Source of the DNA: the human T2T-CHM13v2.0 reference genome, Homo sapiens
Strand: one strand, 5' to 3'
Assembly: GCF_009914755.1 (NCBI RefSeq)
Contig: NC_060934.1
DNA length: 64,000 nucleotides
Each line of letters starts with the position of its first letter. The stretch's first letter is position 1. This document shows positions 31,801-46,071 of this stretch, in pieces. The notes beneath the pieces were generated by a model. It did not search any database. It was not told where the DNA came from and saw only the letters and a program-made list of their open reading frames with translations. The position numbers were made by a program, and so were the translations under genes.

Positions 31801-34800
31801 CAATTTAGATAAATGTAGATGCAGAAGTATTTTTCTACAGGAGAATTTATAAATAGTTTATTATCAATTTTTGGACGTGAGTACATAATTTTGCCACATA
31901 ATAAGAAACTTAAATGTGTTCAGTAAAGAGTCCAGAAGCTTAAAGTGAAGATCTTTTAGGCATAGGAATTGTAGTCTTAAGCTATTCAGTCTCTTCCTAA
32001 ATACTCTCAGCATAACTGACATTCACTTGTTTAATATCAGACAGTATCCTGTTCACAACCATTTCCTCTGGGCAGTCATTTGGACTGCTTTCCTTTCTGT
32101 TTTCTGGCATGTGCCATATTTTCTGCCTATGTTCTTTATTTTTAAGAATGGTCTTTCTAATGTGTTCAGTTACTGTCTGTTTACAGTATGTCTTCCAGGA
32201 GAACACATTCCATTTATAGTATCACTTTCAGCAAAAGAACTCAGCTCTCTTTTTATATATGACTTATTAATTAAAGCTCTAAGCACTGCTGTAAGTCATC
32301 TAGGTAATCGTCTTCATTTACAAAGTATAACTGTAAAATAAGGAGGTTGTTTTACAAATTACAAGTGAAAATTAGTCCCATTGCCTTATAGTCATATTCC
32401 CAATTTACTCTACTTTTGTCCCTGCGAGAAAGGCACCTGCTTTTCAGAATAGATTTGTATGACTCAAAGACAAACTGATTTTTTAATATGCCAATAATAT
32501 GTAGTCGGTGCTTTAAATATTAGATATTTAATCTGTTTATTTAGCAATCCACATATCTCCTATACCAGAGCGGCAAACTTGGATAAAGCACAGGAACAAA
32601 TATAAGATAAACATAACCTCTGTCTTTTTGGATTATATTCTTTCTGCATCAGTTATTATGTATATATGTAGTGAGCTCTATGATTGAAGATAAAAAATTT
32701 AATAAATAGAATAGTTCTTAGCTCTAGAGACTCACAGTCTACTGGGAGGGGCAATCATGTAAACTAATAAACTCATAAGCAAAGCATGATCAGCAGGGGT
32801 TCAGTGTGTGGAGGAACAAGACGTCTTGCAGGAGATAGCATTTCTGAGGCAGAGGGAGAGTTAAGGCATCAACATAAGTAACCTGATGCATTATGGAACA
32901 TACTTAGTAAAATGAAACTATTGAAGAAACAAATGTTTATTAATAAATATTATTTCTTTAATAAAATAACCTTTCATTTGAACCCTACTTTATAATCTTC
33001 AAATTACTTTCATGTTCATTGTATAATTTTGCCCTTATAGCTACTCTGTGAGGAGAACATGAGACATGATCCACATTTTACAGGAAAGAAGACAAGAATA
33101 ATGTATTTATGTGGTTTAAGGCCACTTAGTCATTGAAAGAGCTGTTGTTATTGCCCAGAATTACTGATTTTTTAACTAGAAGCTTAATAATGGGTACATC
33201 ATATTAGGCAAAAATCATCTGTTTTAAAACATCCAAAATATTTGTGGGATATAAAAATATCTGACATGATTCCTGCCCTCAAGGAATTTCTGCCCCCTCC
33301 TAAGAAAGAAGATAAGATTAACATATTGGAAAAGTAGCAAACAAAATATTATGCTATTGTGTTAAATTAAAAATTATGCAGAAATGTTCTTAGTATTTCA
33401 TCAGGAGAGAGGTCATTTGAAATTGATGGAATAGAAGAAGGCCTGGGAAGATATACAGAACTGAAGCCAGGCAGTGGAGAATAGGTTGGGATTTAAATGA
33501 ACAGATGGGGAAAGGCCATTCTGAGAAAAGGCCATTCCAGGCAAGGGTTACAACATAAAAGGCCACATGTTGTCACAGGACACCAAAGCAAGTGACCAGA
33601 CTAGAGTGAATTACTGTGGGAGGAGCAGAGAGAAATATTAGATAGCTGATCAGTAGAGTATGATTGTTTATATTCTTTAAAAAGATTAGACTTGCCAAAA
33701 AAAAAAAAAGAGTTGTTTGGACATTAAGTAATGAAAGCACATAAACACAGACTCTGCTCTGAACTTCTATCTATGACATGAAAGAATGCACTATAAGGTG
33801 ACTAGACAAGCTATTTTTAGGTGGCGCTGCTCCCAGAAATAGACATCATAATTTCTCTTCTGACAAAAGTAGGTTATTTTGTACCACAGTGCAGTCTGCA
33901 TTCCTGAAAATTTCATGTAAACACTTTCAAAGAGGGATTCCTTCCATGAGAGGGAAAAATAGTCCCTTTGTATGTCTTAATTATGTAGAAAATAGTCATG
34001 TCTTTTTAAATAAAATGAAATAATTTATCTTGCTTTCTGGAAAAAATATGAAACAGGTAATTCTGTATGTTTCAATATATCTCATCAATTGCATATATTT
34101 AATTTATTGCTAATTAGTACTTGGTCCCTCAGTATTCCCCATTGTCATTGACATATACAACATATTAGCTTGAACATTGAGCTATGAGGTCAGGAGCTTT
34201 TGTGGGCCAGGTAGTTTGTTCTTAGTCTCTAGCTCCAGCCCACTGCCTTTCACGTTCACACTGAGAGTGGGGAGATCATCACTACCCAAAAGAAGTTCAA
34301 ATAAATAAGTTAAACAAAGGAGAGCCACTGTCTCGTCATCACTATGACCTTGGATGCCACATCTGCACAAACAAAGCAATTTAAATTTTTAATGTGACTG
34401 TTTTCCCTGAAGTAAACTGGCATAGGCAAAATCCAGTAAATTCTTATTGAACTTACTTAGCTACAGTTGATGTCCTCTTATATTTGTGAAAATCTGAAAC
34501 ACAAGATAAATGTGAAATACAAGAATCGTATGGGGGAAGAAGTTATCTTTTTCTTTTTCTTTTTTCCTTAATTTACTTTTATCTGAAAATGTCTTTATTT
34601 TGCCTTATCATTGAAAGAGGCATTGAATCTTTCAATGGTTGGCAGGTTCTCCTCTACATCCTTCCAACCCCATCCTCCCCACCCTCATTCCCATTCCCCC
34701 AGCCCTGTCTCCCAGCACTTTTTCAGTATTTTAAAAAATATTTTAAATTGTAATAGCTTTAGGGGGTACAAATGGTTTTCGGCTACATGGATGAATTGTA

Positions 34801-35491
34801 TCGTTAGCCTTTTTGTAACATCAGAAGGACAAAGTTTGAGGATAGCATGTAATAAGACATTAAGATCTGATTATAAGCCATTTTATTAAAGTTTTCCAGT
34901 ATGTAACAGTTTAAAAAATTATAAAGTCATTCATCCCTATATTTCAAAAGTATAACTGCAATGCAAAACCTTTCATGAGTTAATTGGGCCACATGTCAGA
35001 AAGAGAGTTGAATTTCACAGTATGTGATCCTCTGTTTCATTTCAACTCATTTTAGATTTTCAGAGTCAATAAATGAAAGGAATTGAAATATAAATATTCA
35101 ACTTCACCTACGTGGTTATATGTGTGCTTTAAGTATTAGAATAAATTGAATCTATGTGAGCTATTCATGTGCTCAATTTAAAATATGTAAACAAGTTTTC
35201 AAAACTGATACACATAGTATTTCCTTATACAAGGGAGATTATGCATAGAAATTAAAGTATTGGGTAGAGGATGAAAAATATTTGATTAGTTGGTGAAAAA
35301 AATAACTTAAAGTGTATTATAGGTAATAAAATTCTGTAAATACCATTTTTAATAATCACTGCAAAATGAAGTAAAGTTTATTTAGCATAAAAGCAGTAGG
35401 AAATAAATGTTATGTTTAAGGAATGAGAAGACACTCAAAGTAGGTAGCCTTTTGAATGAAAATGAATGAATAAACTAATTCCTTAATAAGG

Positions 35492-35655
35492 GAAATTATA
35501 AATGTTCTTTGATTTGCAAGTAACTTCTAGAAAATTGTCCAACCCTTTGTTCACAGTATAATTAAAAATAAGAAATTATAAATATTCTTTGATTTGCAAG
35601 TAACTTCTAGAAAATTGTCCAACCCTTTGTTCACAGTATAATTAAAAATAAGAAA
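35492..35655. repeat. 80-bp tandem duplication (2 copies, 1 mismatch)
   Basis: 35492-35571 versus 35572-35651; G/A difference at 35504/35584. Confidence 0.95.
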
Positions 35656-36840
35656 GTATTAGGTTCTTTTTCTGACTTTCCTCCAAACTGAAAGTTAAAT
35701 GTCTCTAAAAAATAGAAAAAAAAAACCTTATCTCCTCTTCAAAAATACCTTTGTCTTTTGATAAATTTAAACTTAATAAGATAGATATTTCCTGATATTT
35801 CTGGCCACCAGCTGTAGAACTGATTTTAAGTCTGAAGGTAAGTTACAAAGCAAATAAGATTACTGATATTTTGATGAAGGGTTAAGGTAAACAAAGAAAG
35901 AAAAACAAGGATGAGAAGAAGAGAGACCCTCTCTTGATTATCTTTCCATTGTGCAAATGGCAGATGGATTCAAATGAAAAGGCATATATATATAATAAGC
36001 TACTTTTCTATCCTCCTTTCTTTTCAAAATGTTATACCTGACTCTGTGTGTGTGTGAGTGTGTGTGTGTGTAGGTGTTGGGGGGGCCTGTCTATGAATAG
36101 GAACTTTGATGCATAAAGCCTTTACCATGAAGTTGAGTCACCACTACAGCAGTGCTGTGCCTCTGTGCCTCATTCAAACATGTGTCACTCAGGCTGTGAC
36201 GAGTTCCTTTTATTCTTCTCTCTTGTGTATCCTATGAAACAAGGCAAATGCTATGGTTCATTCTTAAATTTCAGACATTGGCCAAGGAGAAAAATAAATC
36301 ATATGATGTTATTGTGCAGAGAAAAGTGAAGGAAGTAGAGAAGTTATTGTGATCTCTGGTTAAGTTAATAATAGAATTAGTATTTTTTGTTATTGTTGTT
36401 GTTAAGAAATGTATATAATCCAACATTGATGTGAATCCAACACTGATTTGTAGGATAGAAGCTTTCTGTTCACTTAAAGCATTTCATTTCCTTTTAAGAA
36501 TGTAGTAAGCTGGCTTCTCCTGAACAAGTGGGCACTTTAGTTGGCCATGTCCAAAAAGTTATTTGAGTTGGAGTAATAAAATTGCTTTTTCTTTCGCCAT
36601 GAAAGTAAAACTTCCTTAAATTTAAACAGGTAGATTTGTCCTAGTCCTGTATTCATTCAGTTGATTGGGACTACTAACTTAAAAACAGATTTAATTATCA
36701 GTTGTAATAGTAAAATATCATATCTTGGAAATCATAGTAGTAATGATCATTCTTATGTAACACTTCTTAATTTATAAATAATTTTCACATACACTATCTG
36801 ATTTGAACTTACAATATCTGTTTCTATAATATGAAGCTGG

Positions 36841-37150
36841 TTTTTTTTGTTTGTTTGTTCTTTGTTTTTGAGATAGAGTCTTGCTCTGTTGCCCAGGCTG
36901 GAGTACAGTGGTACAATCTTGGCTCACTGCAACCTCTGCCTCCTGAGTTCAAGCAATTCTCCTGCCTCAGCCTCCTGAGTAGCTGGATTACAGGTGCCCA
37001 CTGCCATGCCTGGCTAATTTTTATATTTTTGGTAGAGATGAAGTTTCACCATGTTGGCCAGGCTGGTCTTGAACTCCTGACCTCAAATGATCTGCCCATC
37101 TCGGCCTCCCAAAGTGCTGGGATTACAGGCATGAGCCACCGCACTTGGTC
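36841..37150 (-). mobile_element. AluS (Sx/Sz-like), antisense to PRKG1
   Basis: PolyT followed by a reverse Alu dimer; accounts for ORF 36831..37352. Confidence 0.92.
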
Positions 37151-37249
37151 TGGTTTTATTCTCATAAGTAAGGAAAATAAGGCTTTAGGATGTCATATGG
37201 ACTTGCATACAACCACAGTTGGTTTATTATTACAATATTTTAACCTTCC

Positions 37250-37604
37250 AATCCCCAGCATCCATGGGGGATTGGTTCTAGGACCTGTCCTCACCAATAC
37301 CTCTTCCTGCTGTGGATATCAAAATTTACAGATGCTTAAGTCCCTAATATAATATGGCATAGTATTTGCATATACACACATTCTCTCCTATATTTTAAAT
37401 CATCTCTAGTTTATTTACAGTACCTAATACAATGCAAATGTTATGTAAGTAGCTGTTATACTGTATTGTTTAGGGAATAATGACAAGAAAAATGTCTATA
37501 TATGTTCACCTCAAACACAACCATCCATTTTTGTTTTCCGAGTATTTTCAATCCTTGGTTGTTTGAATGTGGATGCAGAACCTACAGATGCAGAAAGCTG
37601 ACTG
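37250..37604 (+). mobile_element. MER2 DNA transposon
   Basis: atccatgggggattggttctaggacc...gctgactg followed by TA; matches recalled MER2 consensus. Confidence 0.85.
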
Positions 37605-37966
37605 TACCTATTATTTTGACAAGATAAGTTTTAAAGAACTTTGTGTTAATTATGTACATTTTGTTTAAATTTATTCATGATCCTAATTTTTTAAAAAATA
37701 AGACTTTTAAATTTAGGTTTTTCAATAAACAAGTAGTAAAGTCATTAAAAATGACTTTTTAAAAATGTGTCAATATTTAACAGAAATTAGAGTTTAAAAA
37801 TCTAGTTTGTGGCTAACTGGGGAACTTTTATTGTAAGTGAGATAGTAAGCACAGAGAAATACATTTTTGACATTAAATTCTTTAAAATGTAAATGAAACA
37901 TGTAGCTACCTGACAAATCAATACAGAACTAGAAGTTGTAGATTCAAGGAATTACAAGTTCTCTCT

Positions 37967-38490
37967 CTTTTTAAAAATTCTTTAACAACTTCATTGAGGT
38001 ATAATTTACATACCATAAAACTTTCCCATTTTAAGGGTATAATTCAGTGATTTTTAGAATTGTATGACCATCATATAACCCAGCTTTAGAACATTCCTAC
38101 CACTGCAATAAGAACCCTTGTGCCCATTTAGAAATACTCTCCATTCCAATCTCCAGGATTTTTTTTTTTTTTTTGAGACAGGGTCTTGCTCTGTCACCCA
38201 GGCCGGAGTGCAGTGGCATGATCTTGGCTCACTGCAGCTTGAGCTTAGAGGCTCAAGCAATCTCCCACCTCATCCTCCCAAGTAGCTGGGACTAGAGGCA
38301 TCCACCACCATGCCCGACTAATTTTTGTATTTTTTGTAGAGACATGGCCATGTTGCCCATGGCTGGTCTCCAACTTGTGAGCTCAAGTGATGGTCTCACC
38401 TCAGCCTCCCAAAGTGCTGGCATTACAGGTGTAAACCACCATACCTGGCCTGTCATCTACTTTCTATCTCTCAAGATTTACCTTTTCTGG
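37967..38490 (-). mobile_element. L1MB-type 3' end interrupted by an AluJ
   Basis: ttcattgaggtataatttacataccataaaa... is the typical L1MB/MA reverse 3' end. Confidence 0.7.
38159..38450 (-). mobile_element. AluJ-type SINE
   Basis: Reverse Alu with J-type features (gagacagggtcttgctctgtc, ggctcaagcaatc). Confidence 0.88.
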
Positions 38491-40624
38491 TACAGATATT
38501 CAAATGCTAAAATTTTGTGTTACACTAAATATTTTTATTTTCTACATGTATGATCTAGTTCAATAATCTAAATACCCAGTTATTTAATGTATAGTAACTT
38601 CATGTCTTTTTTCCTGTTGAATTTTAGGGCAGTTTTATGGCTTCTGTATACCCTGCTTCAGCTTTGTTATTATACTCCACTGCTGCAGAACAGGATGTCT
38701 ACATTGCTTTCTGAACGTAGAATCTAAGGCCAGTGTCCTACAGGGCTGTGAAGAGCTTTCTGGCAACAGGGGAATATTGGGAAATGATGGAGGTGGAACA
38801 TAGTGCTTATGCATTTATAGGGAGTCTAGTGGTTTGTTTACTGATGTTCTTATTGTTGATGTTTTATTATAGGCCTTTGGCTGATTTTGGTGAACCTGCC
38901 CTTTGGCCCGGTTAATCTAATAGGATAAGATACTCACAGTCTCTCAATGTAGGGCTTTCTCTCTCCTTCCCCCTCCCCTCCAGCTTTTTTTTTCTTCTTT
39001 TCTTCCTTTGCAGAACATTTCACTACAGCACTTGTCTTAAATTCCTTAAGTTATCACAATTTATATTAAACGTGGGTTACTTAAACGTAAAATCATATAC
39101 CTTGCCAAATTATTTCTGGATTACTTACAAAGACTTTTTCTCCCAGGTTAAAGAGAGCCAAAACTAAAAAATGGCTTTATGCTTCACCAAATAATATAGA
39201 TTTCCTGAGTAAAATTTTGTGCTATTTTATTTAGAGAAAATATTTGCCATTCCTATTTTGCAGCTATTACAATTACGGTGACTCTGCCTGGATTCCCTTA
39301 TGCCTTGAAGCCTGTTTTAATGCTCTTCCTGAGAAAGCTACTGCTACTTTTTTCCAGTGTGTGTTCTTTGAAAGTTAGCAACACAGAGAATATAACAGAA
39401 ACCAATCCCTTCATATGTTGGGGTTGAGAGGGCAGAAAATAAAACCCCCACCCCCGAAGAGAATATGAACATAAATGTAAAGTCAAGGTCATACTTTCAG
39501 AGAGGACCATCATGTTTCCTTAAGCGACCTTTGTGTTACTTGGAGTATTTCCCCTTTTCCTTCTTCCCAAGATATTGCCACATGTTTTTTGGGCCGTTTC
39601 TATAAGGTTAAATATAATTAACATGCTTTAAAAATGCATATTACGTCAAATTGCAGATGTATAGAATTCTCTAGCTGGAATGAGTTTTTAAAGATAATAT
39701 AGTTTTGCCCTTTATTTTCTGAAAAGTGGTCTGAGGCCCAGTGAGATTATATGACTTATTAGTGAAAGATCCAGAATTAGGTCCCAGGTTTATGTTTTCC
39801 TTAACTCCCTTCATCACCGTTGTTCTGTAGCATCAGTTTACCTAAGGTAGAGCATGAAGGGAGTACCCTTCTCCTGCTGTGCATGGAAATGTAATTTGAA
39901 CCACTTCATATGGGACTTTTGCATAATAATGAGTCATGTGACATTGACAGTTTAAGCCTTGAATTTAAGAAATCATTTCAATTACAGTGTAGTTCAGGAA
40001 GTAATTTTCTTCCAAAATAATTAAGATATTGACAGTGCAAAATAAGCTACGAGCTCTTAATAACAAGGTTAAATGAATGAATAGATACAAATTCTAAGGA
40101 TCAACTCACAGCCAGTGGTACTGAGCCAGTTTTAACCTTGCCTTGATCATAATCTTCCTTCCCAATAAAGGCAAAAAATTGGGTCCAGTAGGAAACAAGC
40201 CTTTTTAAGGCAACCAGATACCCTAGGTAGAAAGGAAGCATGTACTGTATTTAAATACAACCAGCAAATGCATCTTCAGAGCTCTTTAAAATGCTGATGA
40301 CATCACCTCTCATTTTCAGGCCAGTATTATGCAGACATCAGCTATAGCCAGATAGTTAAGAACTTGTCAAAATCCTTGTCAAAAATTCCCACCTTAAGAT
40401 CTACTTGGCCCAAGTATACATTCATTCAAATGTCAATATAATACTTCATTTTGAAGTAACAATGTACTGTAAATGAAACATTTACCGATTCTAATTTCTA
40501 ATATAGCACATAGCATTTCTTATATAAAATAAAATGAAGATCTTGAGTATTGAAATTTTCTTGTTCATTTTCCCTTTTTAGGAATTTTGAGAGTAAAACC
40601 AGTGTGGTATAAGCATCCATAATC

Positions 40625-40770
40625 TTTGTTTTTTGAGAACAGTTATATAATTACAGAAAAATGTGAAGATAGTACAGAAAATTCCTATATACGCTGAACC
40701 CAATTACCCCTATTATTGACAACTTACGTTAGTATGGTACATTTAGTTAATGAACCAATATTAATGCTTT
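40625..40770 (-). mobile_element. L1MC-type 3' terminal fragment
   Basis: ttttttgagaacagtt...gaagatagtacaga...tgaaccaatatt resembles the L1MC reverse 3' end. Confidence 0.6.
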
Positions 40771-41149
40771 ATTATTATTATTATTATTATTATTATTGTA
40801 AACTTTTTTTTAAGTTCTGGAGTACATGTGCAGGATGTGCATGTTTGTTACATAGGTAAACATGTACCATGATGGTTTGCTGCACCTATCAACCCATCGC
40901 CTGGTATTAAGTCAGCATGCATTAGTTATTTCTCCTGATGCTCTCTGCCAACACCCCCAGCTCTCCCCCGACAGACCCCAGTGTGTGTTGTTCCTCCCCC
41001 TGTGTCCATGTGCTCACATTATTCAGCTCCCACTTATAAGTGAGAACATGCGCTGTTTGGTTTTCTGTTCCTGCGTTAGTTTGCTGAGGATAATGGCCTC
41101 CAGCTCCATCCATGTCCCTGCAAAAGCACATGATCTCATTCCTTTTTAT
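40771..41149 (-). mobile_element. 5'-truncated older L1PA (PA8-PA11-like) 3' end with (AAT)n tail
   Basis: aagttctggagtacatgtgcaggatgtgc... reverse L1PA 3'UTR and end of ORF2. Confidence 0.82.
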
Positions 41150-41623
41150 AGCATCCACAATATTATAGAAGTAGCTTCTCAAATCCTTACTCATCTACTT
41201 GTTAGCACTGAGGTGGGTTGCAGTCGGAACAAAGAAAACACTTTGTTTGATACATAACACTTTTATTTAGTTTTCACAGGTAATCTGTCAGGATATCCCC
41301 ATATGATAGATGAGGAAATGAAAGCAGAGAGAGTTTGAGTAATTTGTCCAAGAGAACAAGCAAAAAAACAAAAAAAAAGGTTGAGATTGAAAAAAAATTA
41401 GTCAAATGTCACACTAGTCACACTCTCAACCAGTGCATTAGCCTGTACACCTAGGAGATTAGGACAGTCTTCAAAGGAAGACAAATCTGAGGAACATGCA
41501 TAACTATCTAGGCTAGTCCTTGGCAAGAGGCAGAAGAAAAATATGCACTCCTGTTCTCCTTTTTTGCTGGCTGATCTCTTTCTCTACTCGAAAGTAATTT
41601 CATAGCTCTAACCAACTTGCTAA

Positions 41624-41626
<3 letters not shown>

Positions 41627-41656
<30 letters not shown>
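41627..41656. repeat. (ATC)10 trinucleotide STR
   Basis: Read directly from the sequence. Confidence 0.95.
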
Positions 41657-42029
41657 TTAAATGGACACAAGTGGACTTTGTATAATTAATTTAGACAACA
41701 GGAAAAATAAAAAGCAAACTAAATGTCACCTTACAATTCATCATGGATTAGGTTTGTTAAAATATTTTTATAATAAAACCTAGTATCTTAGGCTCAACAA
41801 ATACAAATTGCTATAACTGACTCAGAGTTTACTTAAAAAAAATTTTTGTGGCCAGCCCTGTAAGAAGGTAATAGTGTGGTTCAGCCCCAGACCTCAATAG
41901 GTTGTTATGCTCTGTACAATTTCTCAATATCTTTGCATTCATGGAATTCTAGTTGAATCAGAATCAATTAGAAAGATTCAGACAATAATAATAAATAGCT
42001 ATTACAATTTAAAAGAGACTTGCAAGTTT

Positions 42030-42510
42030 TTTCATGATGAGAGTTTTACTTTTACTCATTGTAAAAGCAAGGTATGAGGATTGTTCAAAAGTTAAGCAAT
42101 TCAAAAAGTAAAAAGAAGTAAAAATCAACTAAAAATCTCCCTAAGGAAAAATCATTGTTAACGTATTGATGAACACATTTCTGATTGTCTCTTCATACAT
42201 TTATTTCACATATAGATGTGTGTGTATATATATACATATGAATGTATATATACACACTAACATACGAACACACTGTGAGATCATAAAATGCATGCTGACT
42301 TGTAATCAGTATCTTTTATTCATATATATGTCTTGGTTATTTTTCCGTAATGTTAAATATAATTCTAAGTCATCATTTTTACAGTTGCATTGCATGGATA
42401 TACCATAATTTATTTTTCAAGCTCCTCCTCTTGCTAGAAATTTAGATTGTTTCTAAATTTTTCCATTAGAAACAATGTTGAATTGAACATTCTTGAATGA
42501 TCTTTGGGAA
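42030..42510 (-). mobile_element. L1ME-type 3'UTR fragment
   Basis: Degenerate match (gcatggatataccataatttatt...tttagattgtttcta). Boundaries approximate. Confidence 0.55.
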
Positions 42511-44796
42511 GTTGTTGGTTTATCAGAAGATTTCTGATGAATATGTTACTTGGGCTTTATGGAAATAATTAACTTCAACATTCTCCACTGTCTCTGTTGA
42601 GTTAGCTCACACCAGTGGTCCTCAGGTACCCTGACTTTCTGGTTAAGATCCTGAGTTCTGTGAGTCTTGTAGCATTCTGGTTTAAATTGGAAGTGGAGAT
42701 TCTAAGGGCCCTGCTCTAAGGAGCTCATGAGATCTTGTACAGAGTCCAAAGAAGGAAGATGATTCTAGACCCAAGGACTGGTTCCATGCAAAGTAAAGGC
42801 AAAGCAGAAAGCCTCAGTAGGTTAGCAGTATAGTTCTATAAACTTTTTGTAATTAATGCTTTTTAAATTGGCAACTAGTAAGCCTGACTCCCAAGAATTT
42901 CTGTTGCTTTCTGTAGCTTTTACCTATCTCTTATGACATCTGCCACCCACCAGTTCTCATTATCCTCTTTCTACCCCACTTGGCTTCTCCTTGCAGTATT
43001 CAAGCAATCGGGTATCTCAAACCCCTAACACATGGAGGTCCCTGGGAAGTGCCTAGGAAAATGTCAGTGAGGCTTTGGCTGTTCTCCCAAATCACATGCC
43101 TAGCATAAGTTAAGCTTAAAGGTAATAGAAATATTGTTCAGTTTATCTCACAGTCCATGAGTTAGTCGATTCCGTTAAACTCTGATTTGCAAAGTATCAA
43201 TCACTATGCATTTAATTGGTTTTGTATTCAGCTGAAGGGAAGCAGCATATACTGGAAATAGCTTGGGCCAAAAAAAAACCTGAACATGAATCCATTTCTG
43301 CCACTTGATAGCTCTGTGACCTTGGGAAAGATAGGAATCATTTTTGGAAATCAGTTTGTTCCTCTGAAAAAGCAACATTTGATTTGCCCTATTCAGTAGA
43401 GATTGCTGGGTACAAGCAGAGTCCATCAATGAATGCCCATTTGGTGGTGCGTTTTCATTTAGGATCATAATAACTGTGGTATCTGGTATTATCCTCAGCT
43501 AGAACTAGGGCTCAGAGCAGTTAAGCAACTAGCCCGAGAGAGACTAGTTGCTTAGACTGAGAGGGACTAAGTGGAGTCAGAATTCAAGTCCAGACCTGTG
43601 ACTATAAAGGCTGAATTCTTTCCTCCTACCCTGTGTACAAGTATAAAAAAAAAAAAATCTGTGTATCTGTGTTATCATCACTAAAGAGAATCATTTTTAT
43701 AGTAGGCATTTTTGAACAACTGCACAACAGTCCTCACTAGTTTAACTGGGAATGACTCTGAAGAGGGAATATGACTTTACTTCTTCTTCTCTGAATTGTA
43801 GTACTCTAACATAGCTCATTTTTCATGCCATCTTCCCTAGCTTTCCAGATTTCTTTTAGAAGTGAGTTTTCACATTTGGTGTTTTATTTTGAGTTACTAC
43901 TGAATTTATTTGTAGCACACTAATCTGTCATCTTTGAGTTTCACAGCCAGAGTACAGGGTCTTTGGCTGTTAAAAGCATTTTCAAATACCCATTTTTCCC
44001 TCTACCTGTCATACTGATTCACAATTGCTGGCAGCTAACCGAGGCCCATTTATTTGCAGTATCTTCATGCTCCCTCCTAAGGAACTTGCCACATGAATAT
44101 CTTCGAAGATTGAACTCAATCTGTACATGTGTGCAGGAACAAGACACTTAAGACCTTCGCTATCCCTGCTGATGAAGCAGTAAATAATTAACGACTAAAG
44201 AGGGGACAGCCATACTTCAGCTGAAAAGCAGAAACAGCATGCCATGTTATTTCCCCAAGGTTACATTACTCCCAAATAATATGGGCTGTTTGGTATCATC
44301 TTGAGGATTCTGCTGCTTGAGAGCACTAGATGATAATGTCCTTACATTGCTTTTAAGTAATTAGCTCTATTACCTCTCTTGTTTTTGTTACAAGTCACCT
44401 TCTTGAAATTTCTTGTAAAACCATAAACAGCACCCTGTCTGAGTAAGGCATGTGGAAGATCCATGCCTCCTCTGGAGCCACTGGGAGCCATGAGGGCTGC
44501 AAGAGAGGCATGGCACATTGAAAGATATTAAGCCTCCAAGTCTTCCCAGTTATTAGAGAGTAAAGTTTGAGGTCAAAGGAACTAAAGCCATCATGCTTGT
44601 TTGAGAAGAAAAACAAACGGTTTTCAAAATCTCCTGAAAAAATCTTGTTACAATTTTTTTTCTCTTTAAACTGTAGGGAGGGAAAATTCTGCAAGGTTAA
44701 AAAGAAGAAATGAATACAGTCAGTACTGAAGAAATAACAGTCTGCAGTCTCAGCAGAGACTAGGGTCCACCACTCAAGCTAAAAATTAGAAATGTT

Positions 44797-45479
44797 AACA
44801 ACAGGTGCTGGAGAGGATGTGGAGAAATAGGAACACTTTTACACTGTTGGTGGGACTGTAAACTAGTTCAACCATTGTGGAAGACAGTGTGGCGATTCCT
44901 CACAGATCTAGAACTAGAAATACCATTTGACCCAGCCATCCCATTACTGGGTATATACCTAAAGGATTATAAATCATGCTGCTATAAAGACACATGCACA
45001 CGTATGTTTATTGCGGCACTATTCACAATAGCAAAGACTTGGAACCAACCCAAGTGTCCAACAATGATAGACTGGATTAAGAAAATGTGGCACATATACA
45101 CCATGGAATACTATGCAGCCATAAAAAATGATGAGTTCATGTCCTTTGCAGGGACATGGATGAAGCTGGAAACCATCATTCTCAGCAAACTATCGCAAGG
45201 ACCAAAAACCAAACACCGCATGTTCTCACTCATAGGTGGGAATTGAACAATGAGAACACATGGACACAGGAAGGGGAACATCACACACTGGGGACTGTTG
45301 TGGGGTGGGGGGAGGGGGAAGGGAAAGCATTAGGAGATATACCTAATACTAAATGACAAGTTAATGGGTGCAGCACACCAACATGGCACATGTATACATA
45401 TGTAACAAACCTGCGCGTTGTACACACGTACCCTAGAACTTAAAGTATAATAATAATAAAATTTTAAAAAAAAGATAAA
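44797..45479 (+). mobile_element. 5'-truncated L1PA3/PA4-like LINE-1 (~680 bp)
   Basis: ORF2 C-terminus (ORF 44875..45246) plus 3'UTR. Perfect 16-bp TSD AAAAATTAGAAATGTT at 44781-44796 and 45480-45495. Confidence 0.93.
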
Positions 45480-45876
45480 AAAAATTAGAAATGTTTGTGG
45501 ATTAGAACTAAGGAGGAAGAATATAAAGGCCCATATAACCCTATTTTTGGCCATCTTTACTGAAATAAAATTGGAAAAGAAGTTTTTTTTCTACTCTTTT
45601 GACAGAAGAACTATAAAATGTATTCAAACACACTCTATGACATGAAATAATAAAACTAGAACTAAGTACATTTTCCCTCTTCTAATCCACACGTGAACAC
45701 AATTAATTTGGAATCAAGTTAGTTAAAATTCAGCCAATTCAGAGCATGAGATTGGATGATAGCTGTGAGCCCTGGATGTTAAACGCAGCTCTACCAAGGA
45801 TTTACTGTGTTTTGACTTGGGAGGTGGCTGAGGTTCATTTAAGTGCGCCATGTACCTGTTAATTTGGGGATAATAA

Positions 45877-46071
<195 letters not shown>

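Noticed and set aside
36831-37352. 173-aa ORF, and similar ORFs at 9076..9429, 26686..26994 and 53243..53485
   Set aside because: Translations of Alu/MER2 sequence with typical Alu-derived peptides; no evidence of a real gene.
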